Part shown: one piece after another, positions 18,845 through 29,093 of the stretch
Numbering within the stretch: the first letter of the stretch is position 1
Layout: every line of letters begins with the position of its first letter
Assembly: GCA_963662665.2 (NCBI GenBank)
Contig: CAXXJS010000061.1
Span: 1-64,000 of the forward strand
From: Candidatus Latescibacterota bacterium
GTDB taxonomy: Bacteria; Latescibacterota; UBA2968; GCA-2709665
Direction: 5' to 3'
Length of the DNA: 64,000 nucleotides
Position numbers and translations under genes: made by a program
The notes under the pieces: generated by a model
Told to the model about the DNA's origin: nothing
What the model saw: only the letters and a program-made list of their open reading frames with translations
The model's database searches: none

Positions 18845-19122
18845 TTGAAGAGAGAAGTCAGAGAGACGATGTAGTTTGCGTTATTTTCGGGGACTGATTT
18901 CAGAACTGGCGTAAGGCATTCTCTGACTTTGCTCCTGTTGCTCGGGACGATCCTGAGTTGACGGCGACAGCCAAGCCTGGGCTGCTGCTGGCTGGGTTCA
19001 GCCTGATATTTCTCGGCTTCTCGATCATGATGAGCGGCCGTGAATCATGGAAGGCCGTTCTCTGCGTTCTCCGCGGGCTCTGCGGCTAAAAGAAGACGGT
19101 ACAGATTTTCGAGGTCATCGCT

Positions 19123-21381
19123 ATGATCAAGCCGGGTCACGAGTGGGTACGGCGGGCGCGCACCTTTCAGATAGAGCAATACCACCCGCCCTTCTGGCCC
19201 GACATCGACTTTGACGCGAAGCAGCTCGTCGATGTCGGGCGGAAATACCACGCCAACGCCATTTGGTTCGGCAGCGCGGGCAAATGGGCGGTCTTCCCCA
19301 ATGAGTTCTTTCCCCCGCATCCTCAATTAAGTGAGCGCGACCTGCTCGCCGAGACCATCGCCGAGGCCCATGCGCGTGACGTGCGCGTCATCGGGTACAT
19401 TCCCGTGGGGCACATTATTCCCGAAGACAACATGCTGATCCATCATCCGGAGTGGATGTACCGCCCCAGCCCCGAAGGCGACGCTCCTGTCCTGAGGCAC
19501 CACGGCGGCGGATTTCACCGGCACGTCTGCTTCAATACACCGTACCGAGAGGCCATCTGCGCTTTCATCGCACAAGTGGTGGACCACGACGTCGACGCGA
19601 TCTACACCGATTCTGCCTGTCCTTACCATTCGCACCACACCCCGCAGTCGCCCTTGTGCTACTGCGACTATTGCCTCGAGAAGTTCGAGAGGCAATTCGG
19701 CTGCCCAATGCCGTATGCACCCGATCCGCACAGCCTGCCTCGGGAAGACCAGGAGATGCTGGAAGAGTGGAGCCTGCAGTACGGCAGGATCGTCGGCGAT
19801 GTCTTTCTCGAATTCGCCGCCGCGACGCGAAAGAAGAAGGACATCCCGGTGCTGACGCACGGCCTGAGTGTGGGCGACTGGCCCGAACGCAGGATCGTGG
19901 AGGTGCACGATGGATTCCTCTACGAGGCCGGGGGCGACTTCCTTCATCGGCTCGAGGCGGCCAGTCTGGCCGAGTCGTCGGGTTGGGCCATGTGGCAATA
20001 CGTCGGCGCCTTGACGGGCTGGTCGCGGGCGCAGTGCTTTGGCATGGAACTCGTCGAGGAGGCGGTAGCCAGCTTTGCTTCCGGAGGGGCCGTCCTGGTG
20101 GCGTGCGGCGTGAACCTTTGGCTGTCGCCTCCCCATAAAGCCAATCGTGAGCTGGCGGAACTCCTTGAGATCCTGGAGATGAACGAATCACTCTTCGAAG
20201 ATCTCCACCCGTCACCGTTTGTTGCTATTCCGTTTGTTTTGCCGGTGCGGGTGTATGAGATGCTCGAGCGGTTGCGGTTCCGCGCCGAGCCCCTGGTGAT
20301 GCGCGATCGTCGGCACGATGTCATCGGCCAGTCCAAGCAGGACCTCGCCGACCGTCCGGGGGAGCTCGAGGCCCCGCTCTCCGAGGCGGGCTATCTCGTG
20401 CGCACGCCCCCGCAGCAATCCTGCCGTCGCGGGGCCTTCTCGGCCATGCTGGCCAACCATTTGCCGACATCGGTGATCGAGGAGCGGGTTCTCTCCGATC
20501 CAGCGGCGTTGGCAAAGTATCCCGTTCTGTTTCTGCCCAACGTCGGCCATCTCACGCAGGAGGAAGTCGAAGGCATCACGGAATATGTGAAGGCGGGCGG
20601 GCGGCTTTTGGCGACGTACCGGACGAGCCTGTACGGTGCCGAGCCCGATGAGATGCGCGACAACTTCGCCCTGGCGGACCTTCTGGGCGTGGACCGCGTG
20701 GACCCGAACCCCGACCAATTCGCTGATTACGAACAACACCTCTGGGCCGCCGGGACGTTCGACACGTACGGCTGCTGCGTTCCAGGTCAATGGCTGGCCG
20801 AGGGGTGCTCGCATGAGCTGTGGCCGCTCAATCGGTTCGAGTTCGTCCAAGCGCGGCCGGGAACCGACGTGGTGGCGAACATCGTCTTCGGCGGGCGCGA
20901 GGACGACGCTCTGTGTCCCGCCGTCACCTGCCGGACGGTTGGCAAGGGCCGCGTCGTCTATCTGGCCGCGCCGGTGGAGGAGCTTCATTTCGAATATCGC
21001 CTGCTGGTGGTCCGCGATCTTCTGGGCGCCGTGGTGGATTGGCTCTACCCGGAGGGCCGGCCTCTGATGACCGATGGCCCGAACCAACTCGTGATGATTC
21101 CGAATGAGAAACCGGGAAGCCAGGTGTTGTTTCTGATCAATCACACCGGCGAGCGCGTCGAGCATCTGCCGGGGATCTGGCCGCGCTTCAGCCCACAGTT
21201 TGACTATGTGACCACGATACCCGAAGTGAACCTGCGCTGGCAGCTCACGGAGCGGGGCACTCCTCGTCGCGTGTGGGACGTTTGCACGGGAGATGACCTG
21301 GAGGTCACGTTCGACGGAAACCGCTTGGAAACCACATTAACGAACATTGGACAGTACGCGATGATTGCCGCTGAGTTCTGA
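19123..21381 (+). CDS. Putative glycoside hydrolase (GHL6-like TIM barrel plus beta-galactosidase trimerisation-like domain)
   Basis: RDLLAE...VCFNTPY, CYCDYC, LFLPNV, GKGRVVY. Confidence 0.7.
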   Translation: MIKPGHEWVRRARTFQIEQYHPPFWPDIDFDAKQLVDVGRKYHANAIWFGSAGKWAVFPNEFFPPHPQLSERDLLAETIAEAHARDVRVIGYIPVGHIIPEDNMLIHHPEWMYRPSPEGDAPVLRHHGGGFHRHVCFNTPYREAICAFIAQVVDHDVDAIYTDSACPYHSHHTPQSPLCYCDYCLEKFERQFGCPMPYAPDPHSLPREDQEMLEEWSLQYGRIVGDVFLEFAAATRKKKDIPVLTHGLSVGDWPERRIVEVHDGFLYEAGGDFLHRLEAASLAESSGWAMWQYVGALTGWSRAQCFGMELVEEAVASFASGGAVLVACGVNLWLSPPHKANRELAELLEILEMNESLFEDLHPSPFVAIPFVLPVRVYEMLERLRFRAEPLVMRDRRHDVIGQSKQDLADRPGELEAPLSEAGYLVRTPPQQSCRRGAFSAMLANHLPTSVIEERVLSDPAALAKYPVLFLPNVGHLTQEEVEGITEYVKAGGRLLATYRTSLYGAEPDEMRDNFALADLLGVDRVDPNPDQFADYEQHLWAAGTFDTYGCCVPGQWLAEGCSHELWPLNRFEFVQARPGTDVVANIVFGGREDDALCPAVTCRTVGKGRVVYLAAPVEELHFEYRLLVVRDLLGAVVDWLYPEGRPLMTDGPNQLVMIPNEKPGSQVLFLINHTGERVEHLPGIWPRFSPQFDYVTTIPEVNLRWQLTERGTPRRVWDVCTGDDLEVTFDGNRLETTLTNIGQYAMIAAEF

Positions 21382-21444
21382 TTGAATCATCGACCTTGCC
21401 AGGCTGATATCCCAACGTCCTTCCCGGCAACACAAGAGGATATA

Positions 21445-22365
21445 ATGAATATTGCTACTGAACCCTGCCCTGGGCAGCTACGCCACCACTCTTACGCCGT
21501 GGTGCGCGGTTTGTTCGACGCAGCGACGACAAAACGGCTGCGCGAGATCTGTGAGCGAGTGCTGGAACAGTGGCGGCGCGCTCCTCGCTGTGACAATCCA
21601 CCGGTGGGGCCCCAGGCCAATTACATGAGGCACCTGAACGACCCGGAATATCACCGCGATCACCCCGACGATCTCGCCTTTCTGCTCAATGCCATGGGGT
21701 CGCCCCAAGTTGTCGAATCGCTGAGCGCAGCCTTGGATGAAGAATTCCTCTTCGCCTTGAGCAGTCTCTACTGTAATCCGACCGGAGAAAGCCAGGACGG
21801 ATTTTGGCACAAGGACAAGATCGGTGCAGAAGCAGACGTATCACGAAGACCGGAGACCGGAGCCGGGTTGCAGATGCAAATCGCATTGGTCCCTACCGAC
21901 GATCTCGAAGTGGTGCCGGGGTCTCACCTGCGTGACTACTCCCCCGAAGAGCACGCGATCTGCGTCGCCGATGATGGGATCCACAACCGCTCGAACGATA
22001 TGCCTGGCGCCGTTCGTCTCCACCAGGAACCCGGTGACGCGGTGCTGTTTACCCAGTTGTGCATTCATCGGGGCCGCTATCACACCGACAAGCTCAGGCG
22101 CTCGTTGATGATCTCGGTAAAAAAACGGGCCGCCGCAGAGTTCACGATGCGCCAGCGGGGGCTGAACTACGCCAGTGACCAGCCATGGTTTTTGCTGCCG
22201 CAATACTTCGATGGCGTCAGTGAGGATGCGCGAGCGTTCTTCCAGGAATTCGTCGGCTTCTACGCCCCGCATTGGCGCGCCCGGCTGACGGAGGTGTTGA
22301 AGTACTCGAGTCTGGTACAAAGGCTGGCGGAAGCCGGCGAGCCGTACCCGTTTTTTGGTGAATGA
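21445..22365 (+). CDS. Phytanoyl-CoA dioxygenase (PhyH) family protein
   Basis: WHKD, LEVVPGSH, PGDAVLF...IHRG. Confidence 0.85.
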   Translation: MNIATEPCPGQLRHHSYAVVRGLFDAATTKRLREICERVLEQWRRAPRCDNPPVGPQANYMRHLNDPEYHRDHPDDLAFLLNAMGSPQVVESLSAALDEEFLFALSSLYCNPTGESQDGFWHKDKIGAEADVSRRPETGAGLQMQIALVPTDDLEVVPGSHLRDYSPEEHAICVADDGIHNRSNDMPGAVRLHQEPGDAVLFTQLCIHRGRYHTDKLRRSLMISVKKRAAAEFTMRQRGLNYASDQPWFLLPQYFDGVSEDARAFFQEFVGFYAPHWRARLTEVLKYSSLVQRLAEAGEPYPFFGE

Positions 22366-22444
22366 GAAGTCTGTCTGAATGAATTAGCGGCTACATTTTG
22401 ATACATAAGGCCCCGACAATGAACGGATACGAATTAATAACGAC

Positions 22445-22545
22445 GGCTAACACCGGCTTTACGCTTCGGGGCATCCGCCCCTGGGCCCTGCGGGCACATG
22501 GGCCTTTGGGACTGGCCAACGTCGTAAAGCCAAGAACCGTTATCT
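22445..22545 (+). repeat. attC site
   Basis: GGCTAAC...GGCTTTACG/CGTAAAGCC...GTTATCT. Confidence 0.8.
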
Positions 22546-22905
22546 GAAATGCCAGCCAAGACTCCGGAGACCTTGACCAGTTTTGCCTCTTCGGTTGTCG
22601 GCTGGAGTTACGTGATGGAAGTTCCTGCAGAAAGAACCGTCGTTTTTGCACATGCGCGAAGCGGAAGTACGACGCCTGCCCAATCCATGTCCGAGCCGGA
22701 TTTCCTTGCTTTGCGCGAACACACTATGTATCTTAAGCACTGTAACATGCCGACTGCCTATTGCTACGCCCATGTACTCCCCCCGCATGGCATCCCGACG
22801 GTTTTGACCCGACGACGATCCGCATTCGTAAGCCAGCCTCTACGACTATCGCTGCTCCCTTAAGTGTCTCCCCCCAGAGGCCTTCACCTGAACAGGACTG
22901 TACCC

Positions 22906-23958
22906 ATGCTAAATGAAACCCAGATCAGAGAACTGGTGGCCGAGAACGGTGCACGCGTCAACGAGGGGCGTCCGATCAGGCAGATTATCGCCGATGGTGA
23001 TCTTCCGCGTCTCGATGGTTGCACCATCCTGGAGGGGAAGGTATCGGACTCGGTGTTTGGCGAGAACCTCGCGACCAGCGAAGGCCAGCCGATCCGGCTG
23101 ATGTTCCGGAACAACCGGATATCGACGCACGACGTGAATCGCGGGGCCATCCCGTTCAAAGATCAGGTGCTGGCGAACAATCATGACCACATGCTGCGTC
23201 TGGTGGAACACGTACTGGGCAGTTCTCAGTTCAAGGTGCCTGGTCTTCAGGCCAGTTCGACGGTGATTCCGGCAGAGAATTTGAAGCTGATCATGGTGGA
23301 GAACGTTCTTCGGATGTATAACGCCGAGAGCAGCACCCCGACGTCCCTCTACCAGCACTGGCTGCAAGCCAGGGAGGCGGGTGAGACGACCCTCGACTAT
23401 GCGGGCCATCAGATCGATGTGGATCAGTTGTCCGCCAATGGCGTGCTGCCATACCTGATGGATACGCCGAGCACCAAGGACAAGGTGGATCGTACGATCG
23501 ATCCACAGTATCTCTTTGACAACAATGTCTGCACGCCCGGCCAATACAACGAGCTCCGCAACGCATCCATCATGGCTTTCGGGATGGTCTCCCAGTATCT
23601 CGCCGAGCGCGGAATGATCCTCGTGGACACGAAAACGGAACACGGGGTCAACACAGAAGATCGGATCGTGGCGGCAGACGAATTGTACACGATGGACTCG
23701 AGCCGCTTCTGGCGTATAGACGACGACGGACAGCCGCTGACGCGGGATGGCAAACCGGTTTCGTTTTCGAAAGAATTCGCGCGAGGAATGGTTACCGAGA
23801 AGGACCAGCAATTCACGGATGAGCAGGCGGGAGAAATCGCTGTCCGCTACATTCAGGGTCTGCAGCATCTAACGAGCAAGGCATTCGAGCCGGATCTACG
23901 GCCTCGCGATCAACGCATCGTTGAATCAACCAATCTCATTCTGGACCATCTGCTATAG
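22906..23958 (+). CDS. purC: SAICAR synthetase family protein
   Basis: EGKVSD, NRISTHD...IPFKDQVL, TPSTK, ILVDTKTEHG, DELYTMDSSRFW. Confidence 0.85.
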   Translation: MLNETQIRELVAENGARVNEGRPIRQIIADGDLPRLDGCTILEGKVSDSVFGENLATSEGQPIRLMFRNNRISTHDVNRGAIPFKDQVLANNHDHMLRLVEHVLGSSQFKVPGLQASSTVIPAENLKLIMVENVLRMYNAESSTPTSLYQHWLQAREAGETTLDYAGHQIDVDQLSANGVLPYLMDTPSTKDKVDRTIDPQYLFDNNVCTPGQYNELRNASIMAFGMVSQYLAERGMILVDTKTEHGVNTEDRIVAADELYTMDSSRFWRIDDDGQPLTRDGKPVSFSKEFARGMVTEKDQQFTDEQAGEIAVRYIQGLQHLTSKAFEPDLRPRDQRIVESTNLILDHLL

Positions 23959-24070
23959 ACCGAAACAGGAGCAGGTCGACACTGCCCTTCTCCTCGTCCT
24001 TCCGGGCGATGGCGTGCCGGAACGGGTAAGGCCGGTGAAGGTGGCGTGGGTTGGACCTCATCGAAGAGAG

Positions 24071-24119
24071 GAAACGAAAGGGGCTTGCGTCGTGCGACGT
24101 AAGCCCCGCTGCGTTAGAC
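24071..24119 (+). repeat. Degenerate attC-like hairpin
   Basis: GGGGCTTGCGTCG/CGACGTAAGCCCC stem followed by GTTAGAC; R'' weak. Confidence 0.45.
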
Positions 24120-24239
24120 GGAGCAGAAAACAGCCCAGACGTTCTAAGGTGCGCTTTCGAATCCGCCGGTATCCTGCCAAGCCGACGAGGCCGGTTCCGA
24201 GCAGGAGAAGCGCGGTGTCACAAGTTAGGCGAGGGAGTA

Positions 24240-24983
24240 ATGGACGTAGACTATGACAGATTAGCGGAACATTACAGGAACCACAGAAGACCCGACCCAA
24301 GGATAGCTGCGCGAATTCAGTCTCATATTGAGGGTGCCAGGCGCGTGTTGAATGTCGGCGCTGGTATTGGGTCTTACGAACCGGACGAATGTGAAGTCGT
24401 CGCTATAGAACCATCCCATGAGATGCTCATGAAGCGAGACAACGCCAGGGCTGCATTGGCTCAGGGCGTTGCAGAGGCGTTGCCATTTGGAGACGATGTA
24501 TTTGATGTCACAATGGGGATTCTAACCATACATCATTGGTCAGATATCGTGTTGGGCCTTCGGGAAATGGTCAGAGTCTCAAGAGACAAAGTCATACTTT
24601 TCACCTGGATAGGATACGGCAGTGATTTCTGGCTCGAGGACTATATCCCTGAAATAGTGGGAGTCGACTATGAGCTGTTCCCAACATTAGCAGAATTGCA
24701 TCAGATACTTGGTGGGATTTCAGTGGAGACAATTGAGATACCATATGATTGCTCCGATGGGTTCATGTGTGCGTATTGGCGAAGGCCTGAGGCATACCTG
24801 GACCCGGAGGTAAGGAAGGCCATATCGACATTTTCGCGCATATCCGATATTCAAGAGGGATTGGCCAAACTGCGAAATGATATTGATGACGGCCTTTGGT
24901 GCAAGAAGCATAAGCACCTGCTTGAGAGGGAGAGTCTGGATCTGGGGTATAGGCTGGTCGTGTGTAGAGTCCAATGCGCCTAA
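24240..24983 (+). CDS. Class I SAM methyltransferase (type 11), cassette
   Basis: VLNVGAGIG, AEALPF, IHHW; GTTAGGCG (24224) matches CGCCTAAC (24977) overlapping the stop codon. Confidence 0.88.
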   Translation: MDVDYDRLAEHYRNHRRPDPRIAARIQSHIEGARRVLNVGAGIGSYEPDECEVVAIEPSHEMLMKRDNARAALAQGVAEALPFGDDVFDVTMGILTIHHWSDIVLGLREMVRVSRDKVILFTWIGYGSDFWLEDYIPEIVGVDYELFPTLAELHQILGGISVETIEIPYDCSDGFMCAYWRRPEAYLDPEVRKAISTFSRISDIQEGLAKLRNDIDDGLWCKKHKHLLERESLDLGYRLVVCRVQCA

Positions 24984-25134
24984 CCGATCTCGCTGATGCA
25001 GATGCAAGAAGCCCTGCCGCACAGTTCAGCCCCTTGAGAAGGAATCAAACAATAAGCGCAGAAACCCGCTATCTGTCGTATGCACCGCATTTCTGCCCCT
25101 CTAAAACTTCGCTTCTTAGGGGTGCGTTGTCAGC

Positions 25135-25237
25135 AGCGAACACGTCCTCTTGCGCTTCGGTCGCGTCCGCTCCCTTCGGCCTGGCGGCAACCCGCCCATA
25201 CACCCGGGCGGGTTCGCAAGTGGCGAGAACGTTAAGC
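25135..25237 (+). repeat. attC site (degenerate R'')
   Basis: CTTGCG/CGCAAG arms, internal AACCCGCCC/GGGCGGGTT hairpin, R' GTTAAGC. Confidence 0.65.
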
Positions 25238-25250
25238 GCCAGATTGGGGG

Positions 25251-25283
25251 TTGATATGGCATGGGTTTGTTGATATATTCAAC
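25251..25283 (+). promoter_or_regulatory. Sigma70-like promoter with overlapping operator
   Basis: TTGATA-N17-TATATT; GTTGA-TATAT-TCAAC inverted repeat over the -10; ATG 7 nt after the -10. Confidence 0.6.
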
Positions 25284-25286
25284 TAA

Positions 25287-25673
25287 ATGAATTATTCAAC
25301 CGATTGGCCAGGCCAGATTCGCCGTTTGCCGTCCAATAAAAGGGCTGTGGCTCACGAACCGGAAACTGCCAGATATGCCAAGGCGCGAGCGAAGCATCGG
25401 TATTTGATCAACCAGGGTACATACCTCGGCTTCCAGCGGACTCCAGGAAGGCAGACGGAAATTGAGGTCGCTGTCTGGGCACCCCCTGATACGGGAAGAG
25501 GATACGGGCACTACGGTTGCTTTCGGGTATTCGTAAAGGACGGCGAGGTGCTGAGCTCTGTCCTTTTCTGTTACTATGACGGAACGGAGGCATCTCCGGG
25601 TTTCAGATCCCTTGAGAAGGCGCAAGCTTTCGCGAAACAGCAGGGTTTCGTTAAAGGAGATACAAATGGCTAA
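25287..25673 (+). CDS. Hypothetical protein, candidate toxin
   Basis: 128 aa, basic, overlaps downstream HTH gene; no family recognised. Confidence 0.55.
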   Translation: MNYSTDWPGQIRRLPSNKRAVAHEPETARYAKARAKHRYLINQGTYLGFQRTPGRQTEIEVAVWAPPDTGRGYGHYGCFRVFVKDGEVLSSVLFCYYDGTEASPGFRSLEKAQAFAKQQGFVKGDTNG

Positions 25674-26136
25674 ACTGAGCGAGAGAAATTATAAGTATCA
25701 GGCAGCTGGACGGACTTGGGTGGTACCAAAGCTCCATCTCGAAGAAATGCCTGATGGTACAGTAGCGGTGCTAGAGGAAGAGATCGATAGGATTCATCGA
25801 GCGATTGCAAATGAGATCTGCGGGTCACCTGAGAATCTCTCGAAGGAGGAGCTGGAATTCCTATGTGATGTTGCTGAGACCCCCTTTTCACAAGTTGCAG
25901 GCTACCTTGGTGTACACAAAAGTACACTCACGAAGTGGCGTAGAAGTGAGCTACCAAAGAACGCATTGAATCTTCTTCTCAAGAGATGGTTCTGGTTCAA
26001 GCTCTTTGGTTCATTTGTTGGAAACAACACAGTCAGGTACAGAGAGCTGGAAGATGAAACCACATTCTTGGCGCACGCAAGGAATGAAGCAATTGGTAAG
26101 AAACTCGCCGAGTCGATAAAGAAGATGACAGCATAG
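25666..26136 (+). CDS. HTH protein, MqsA/HigA-like antitoxin candidate
   Basis: AAGGAG RBS; FSQVAGYLGVHKSTLTKW HTH. Confidence 0.7.
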   Translation: MAKLSERNYKYQAAGRTWVVPKLHLEEMPDGTVAVLEEEIDRIHRAIANEICGSPENLSKEELEFLCDVAETPFSQVAGYLGVHKSTLTKWRRSELPKNALNLLLKRWFWFKLFGSFVGNNTVRYRELEDETTFLAHARNEAIGKKLAESIKKMTA

Positions 26137-26147
26137 AGCAATCCGGC

Positions 26148-26249
26148 GCACAACACGCCCACTTGCGCTGCGGCGCATACGCGCCTCCGACCCAACCTGC
26201 CTCTGCTGCGCTTCGGCAGGTTCGCAGCCCGCGAGAACGAACGTTAAGC
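26148..26249 (+). repeat. attC site
   Basis: GCACAAC...GTTAAGC with internal AACCTGCC/GGCAGGTT hairpin. Confidence 0.7.
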
Positions 26250-26313
26250 GATAACGCGTGTTTCACGAACGGTTGCTTGTCAGGCACCTCACTCCTCACA
26301 AAAGAGGTTGTAC

Positions 26314-26931
26314 ATGTCCGAACAGAAAGACCAAAACGACGCACTCAAGGTTGCAGTTAGGGAAGGAGAATTCGATCGTGTACGGCAGTTGATCGAGGCT
26401 GGCGCCGATTCCGGTTGCATCACGGCGGCGATCATCCCCCCTATGGTTGAAACTGCAGAGCACGGAGAAATCATGCGCTATCTTTTCGCCAATGGAACGG
26501 ACGTAAATGACAACAATTTCGGCGAAGGCACTCTGTTGATGTTCTCTGCCGGCCGTGGCCAACTGAAGTACCTGCAACTCTATCTGGATGCAGGAGCTGA
26601 TATCAACTTAGCGTTGGCGGTCAATGGACTTACAGGTCTCCACAGCGCAACCGAGGTGAACAATCTTGAGGTCGTCCGATTCTTCATTGATGCTGGGGCC
26701 AACGTGAATGCGAAGAGTCATGATGACGCCCCCACTTCCAGTGATGATCCGCCTCGAACCTATGGAGAGACACCGCTCCATTTTGCAGCAGCATTCGCAG
26801 ACAAAGGGATTATCAAGCTCCTGCTTGAGGCAGGCGCCGACAAGGGGTTCTTGTCCGCAAGAGGTAAAACACCGCTCGAGTATGCGCTTGAACGGGAACG
26901 TCCGGAGGAGATTCTTGACTTACTCAGGTAG
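26314..26931 (+). CDS. Ankyrin repeat protein (cassette)
   Basis: GETPLHFAA, LLEAGAD, GKTPLEYA. Confidence 0.9.
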   Translation: MSEQKDQNDALKVAVREGEFDRVRQLIEAGADSGCITAAIIPPMVETAEHGEIMRYLFANGTDVNDNNFGEGTLLMFSAGRGQLKYLQLYLDAGADINLALAVNGLTGLHSATEVNNLEVVRFFIDAGANVNAKSHDDAPTSSDDPPRTYGETPLHFAAAFADKGIIKLLLEAGADKGFLSARGKTPLEYALERERPEEILDLLR

Positions 26932-26942
26932 GAAGCGCCTTC

Positions 26943-27030
26943 GCTTAACAGCACGTTTTGCGCTGTGGCGCCTTGGCCTGCGGCAACCCCTCGACGAGTT
27001 CGGGGTTCGTAAACCGTGGAAACGTTAACA
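26943..27030 (+). repeat. attC site
   Basis: GCTTAAC...GTTAACA; TCGCTTAAC is the reverse complement of GTTAAGCGA (26243). Confidence 0.8.
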
Positions 27031-27234
27031 GAAATCACGCTCCGAAGCCAAAACAGGCGGCGGTCCCGGCTACCAGGAAAATCTTTGAACCACTTCTTTT
27101 ACTTGATGGATCTGTTCTACAGCGAATGAGCTATACGGAGTTTTTCGACCGGATTTTTCCGAATATGCAAGCGTTGGCGGCGAGAAGACCAATATGAGTG
27201 CACAATAAGTGAAAGGCTACCCGGTGACGGTCAA

Positions 27235-28110
27235 ATGAAGCTACACATTCTCGGTACCGGTGGTCCGCGTCCCAGCCGTATGGGTGAACGCTACGGGTGT
27301 TCCTGCATTCTCGAGATCGGTGACGATCGTATCATGATTGATTGCGGCCCCGGCACCACCTACAAGATGGCACGCATGGGAATGAGCCCTGCACAGGTGA
27401 ATTCGGTTTTCCTGACTCACCATCATTCGGATCATATCGTTGATTTCCCGTGCTTTGCCTTGCTACGGTACGATCTCGACCCCGGCGATCTTCCACCCCT
27501 CAGAGTCTTTGGTCCGCCTCCGACTGTCGAATTCGTCAATCGCCTTTTTGGCAAGGACGGCGCCTTCCTTCCCGACGTCGTTGCGCGTCGAGAACACCAC
27601 ATCAGCCACCACGGGCACGTGGGGAGGGGCGGAACGCTTCCCCGTCCGGGCATGAAGGTCGATGTATCCGACATCAGTTCAGGAGCGGTTGTCGAAGGGA
27701 AGGGTTGGAAGGCGACGGCTGTACGGGTTCCTCACGTCGAGCCTTACCTGACCGAGTTGGCGTACCGGATCGATACGGATAGCGGCAACGTGCTCTTCCT
27801 TTGCGATGCAGCGGACTGTCCGGAACTGAGGCCATTGGCCAGGGGGGTCGATACATTCGTTACGGGGCTCTCTATGCGCAATTTCAAAGAGAATGACGAA
27901 GATGCTGGGCATCCGATCCGGGGCGTCAGCGCGGACATATCAGAGGTCGTTGACATTGCTAATCAAGCTGGAATATCGAGGGTCGTGGTCATCCACTGCG
28001 GTTCGCCGTGCAGTGAGGACGTCGTCGGCAGGCTCCGCCGAGGTTACCATGGGAATGGGTATAGCGGTTGTATCGTGCGTCCCGACGAGCTTACGACGGT
28101 TGAGATATAG
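27235..28110 (+). CDS. MBL-fold metallohydrolase (RNase Z/arylsulfatase-like)
   Basis: LGTGGP, IDCGPG, THHHSDH. Confidence 0.88.
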   Translation: MKLHILGTGGPRPSRMGERYGCSCILEIGDDRIMIDCGPGTTYKMARMGMSPAQVNSVFLTHHHSDHIVDFPCFALLRYDLDPGDLPPLRVFGPPPTVEFVNRLFGKDGAFLPDVVARREHHISHHGHVGRGGTLPRPGMKVDVSDISSGAVVEGKGWKATAVRVPHVEPYLTELAYRIDTDSGNVLFLCDAADCPELRPLARGVDTFVTGLSMRNFKENDEDAGHPIRGVSADISEVVDIANQAGISRVVVIHCGSPCSEDVVGRLRRGYHGNGYSGCIVRPDELTTVEI

Positions 28111-28157
28111 GTTGTGTAAGAGCGAGGAAGCGGCCTCAGCCCGGCACGGATGATCTA

Positions 28158-28347
28158 CCCCAATTCAAAAAAACAGCAACTCGGCAACGAGACGAAACCC
28201 CCTGAAACGGTGCGTAACGGTCGTCAAAAAGGATATTCTTTCCGTTCACGTCCGGCGACCTGAAGTATCCTGGAAATCCGACGCCAAATCGCCTTTATTA
28301 ACTTGCGTAACTTCGATTTAACGTCCCCGAAAAGTGACGAATCAAGG
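28158..28347 (+). mobile_element. ~190-bp MITE-like element, copy 2
   Basis: Homologous to 17381-17570 along its length; flanks not duplicated. Confidence 0.7.
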
Positions 28348-28378
28348 TTGGAAGGAATAAACTCAAGAGGAGCGTTGC

Positions 28379-28789
28379 GTGAGAATCAGAGGATTCGCTT
28401 TTGTCGGCCACCCGGTGACGAGTCTCAAACGCGCGCGTGAATTCTACGAGACGGTTCTGCGTCTGCCTGAACCCGAAGTCATTGACCCGCCGCGCGGCCC
28501 CGATGGGGATGACGGCTTCATCGAGTACGCAGTGGGCCCCCACGATACGCTCGCGGTCACCACGACCTGGTTTCGTGGCGAACCGCCAGCCGTACTCAGC
28601 GCGGGACTCTCGGTGGAGGTGGAGGATTTTGAAGAGGCCATCGCGCATATAGAAAGCTGTGGCGTATCGTTTGAAATGGGACCCTTCGAAGGAGCCCGCT
28701 GCAGCATCGCCGTGATCAAGGACCCGGACGGGAATCAGATTGGTATCCATAAGCTCAAAGAGATTCCTGATGTGTCGAAGCGAAGCTGA
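28379..28789 (+). CDS. VOC/glyoxalase family protein
   Basis: RAREFYETVL, KDPDGNQI. Confidence 0.88.
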   Translation: MRIRGFAFVGHPVTSLKRAREFYETVLRLPEPEVIDPPRGPDGDDGFIEYAVGPHDTLAVTTTWFRGEPPAVLSAGLSVEVEDFEEAIAHIESCGVSFEMGPFEGARCSIAVIKDPDGNQIGIHKLKEIPDVSKRS

Positions 28790-28869
28790 TCAGTCCGATT
28801 GGGTTCGTAGCAGTTCTCCGCACGGACCAGCCCGAATGCCGGCTGGCGCTGGCGGGGCAACTTTAAAAA

Positions 28870-29073
28870 GGGTTCTCGCAAGAACCCAAGAGCACGTTGA
28901 CGAAATAATGAATGAGAATGAACCAGCATTCGATTTGAGGCGTTGGCTGATTAACAATAGGCGTTCCTGAACATCTTTGGCTCAAGGCTCCAACGTAACG
29001 AGCTTTCGAACGTTCGCACATCCCCCGACCAGATGCGAATTATCGTAAATATCCGGTAATACGGTCGTTATCT
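28870..29073 (+). other. Diverged intI 3' tail plus attI-like region, copy 3
   Basis: VLARTQEHVDEIMNENEPAFD resembles [21 protein letters not shown]; CGAACGTTCG and CGGTAAT-N6-GTT (29067) conserved. Confidence 0.7.
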
Positions 29074-29093
29074 GCCATGGCAGTTCGGCACTG

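Noticed and set aside
28740-28970. 76-aa ORF as a real gene
   Set aside because: Chance fusion whose end is the decayed integrase tail.
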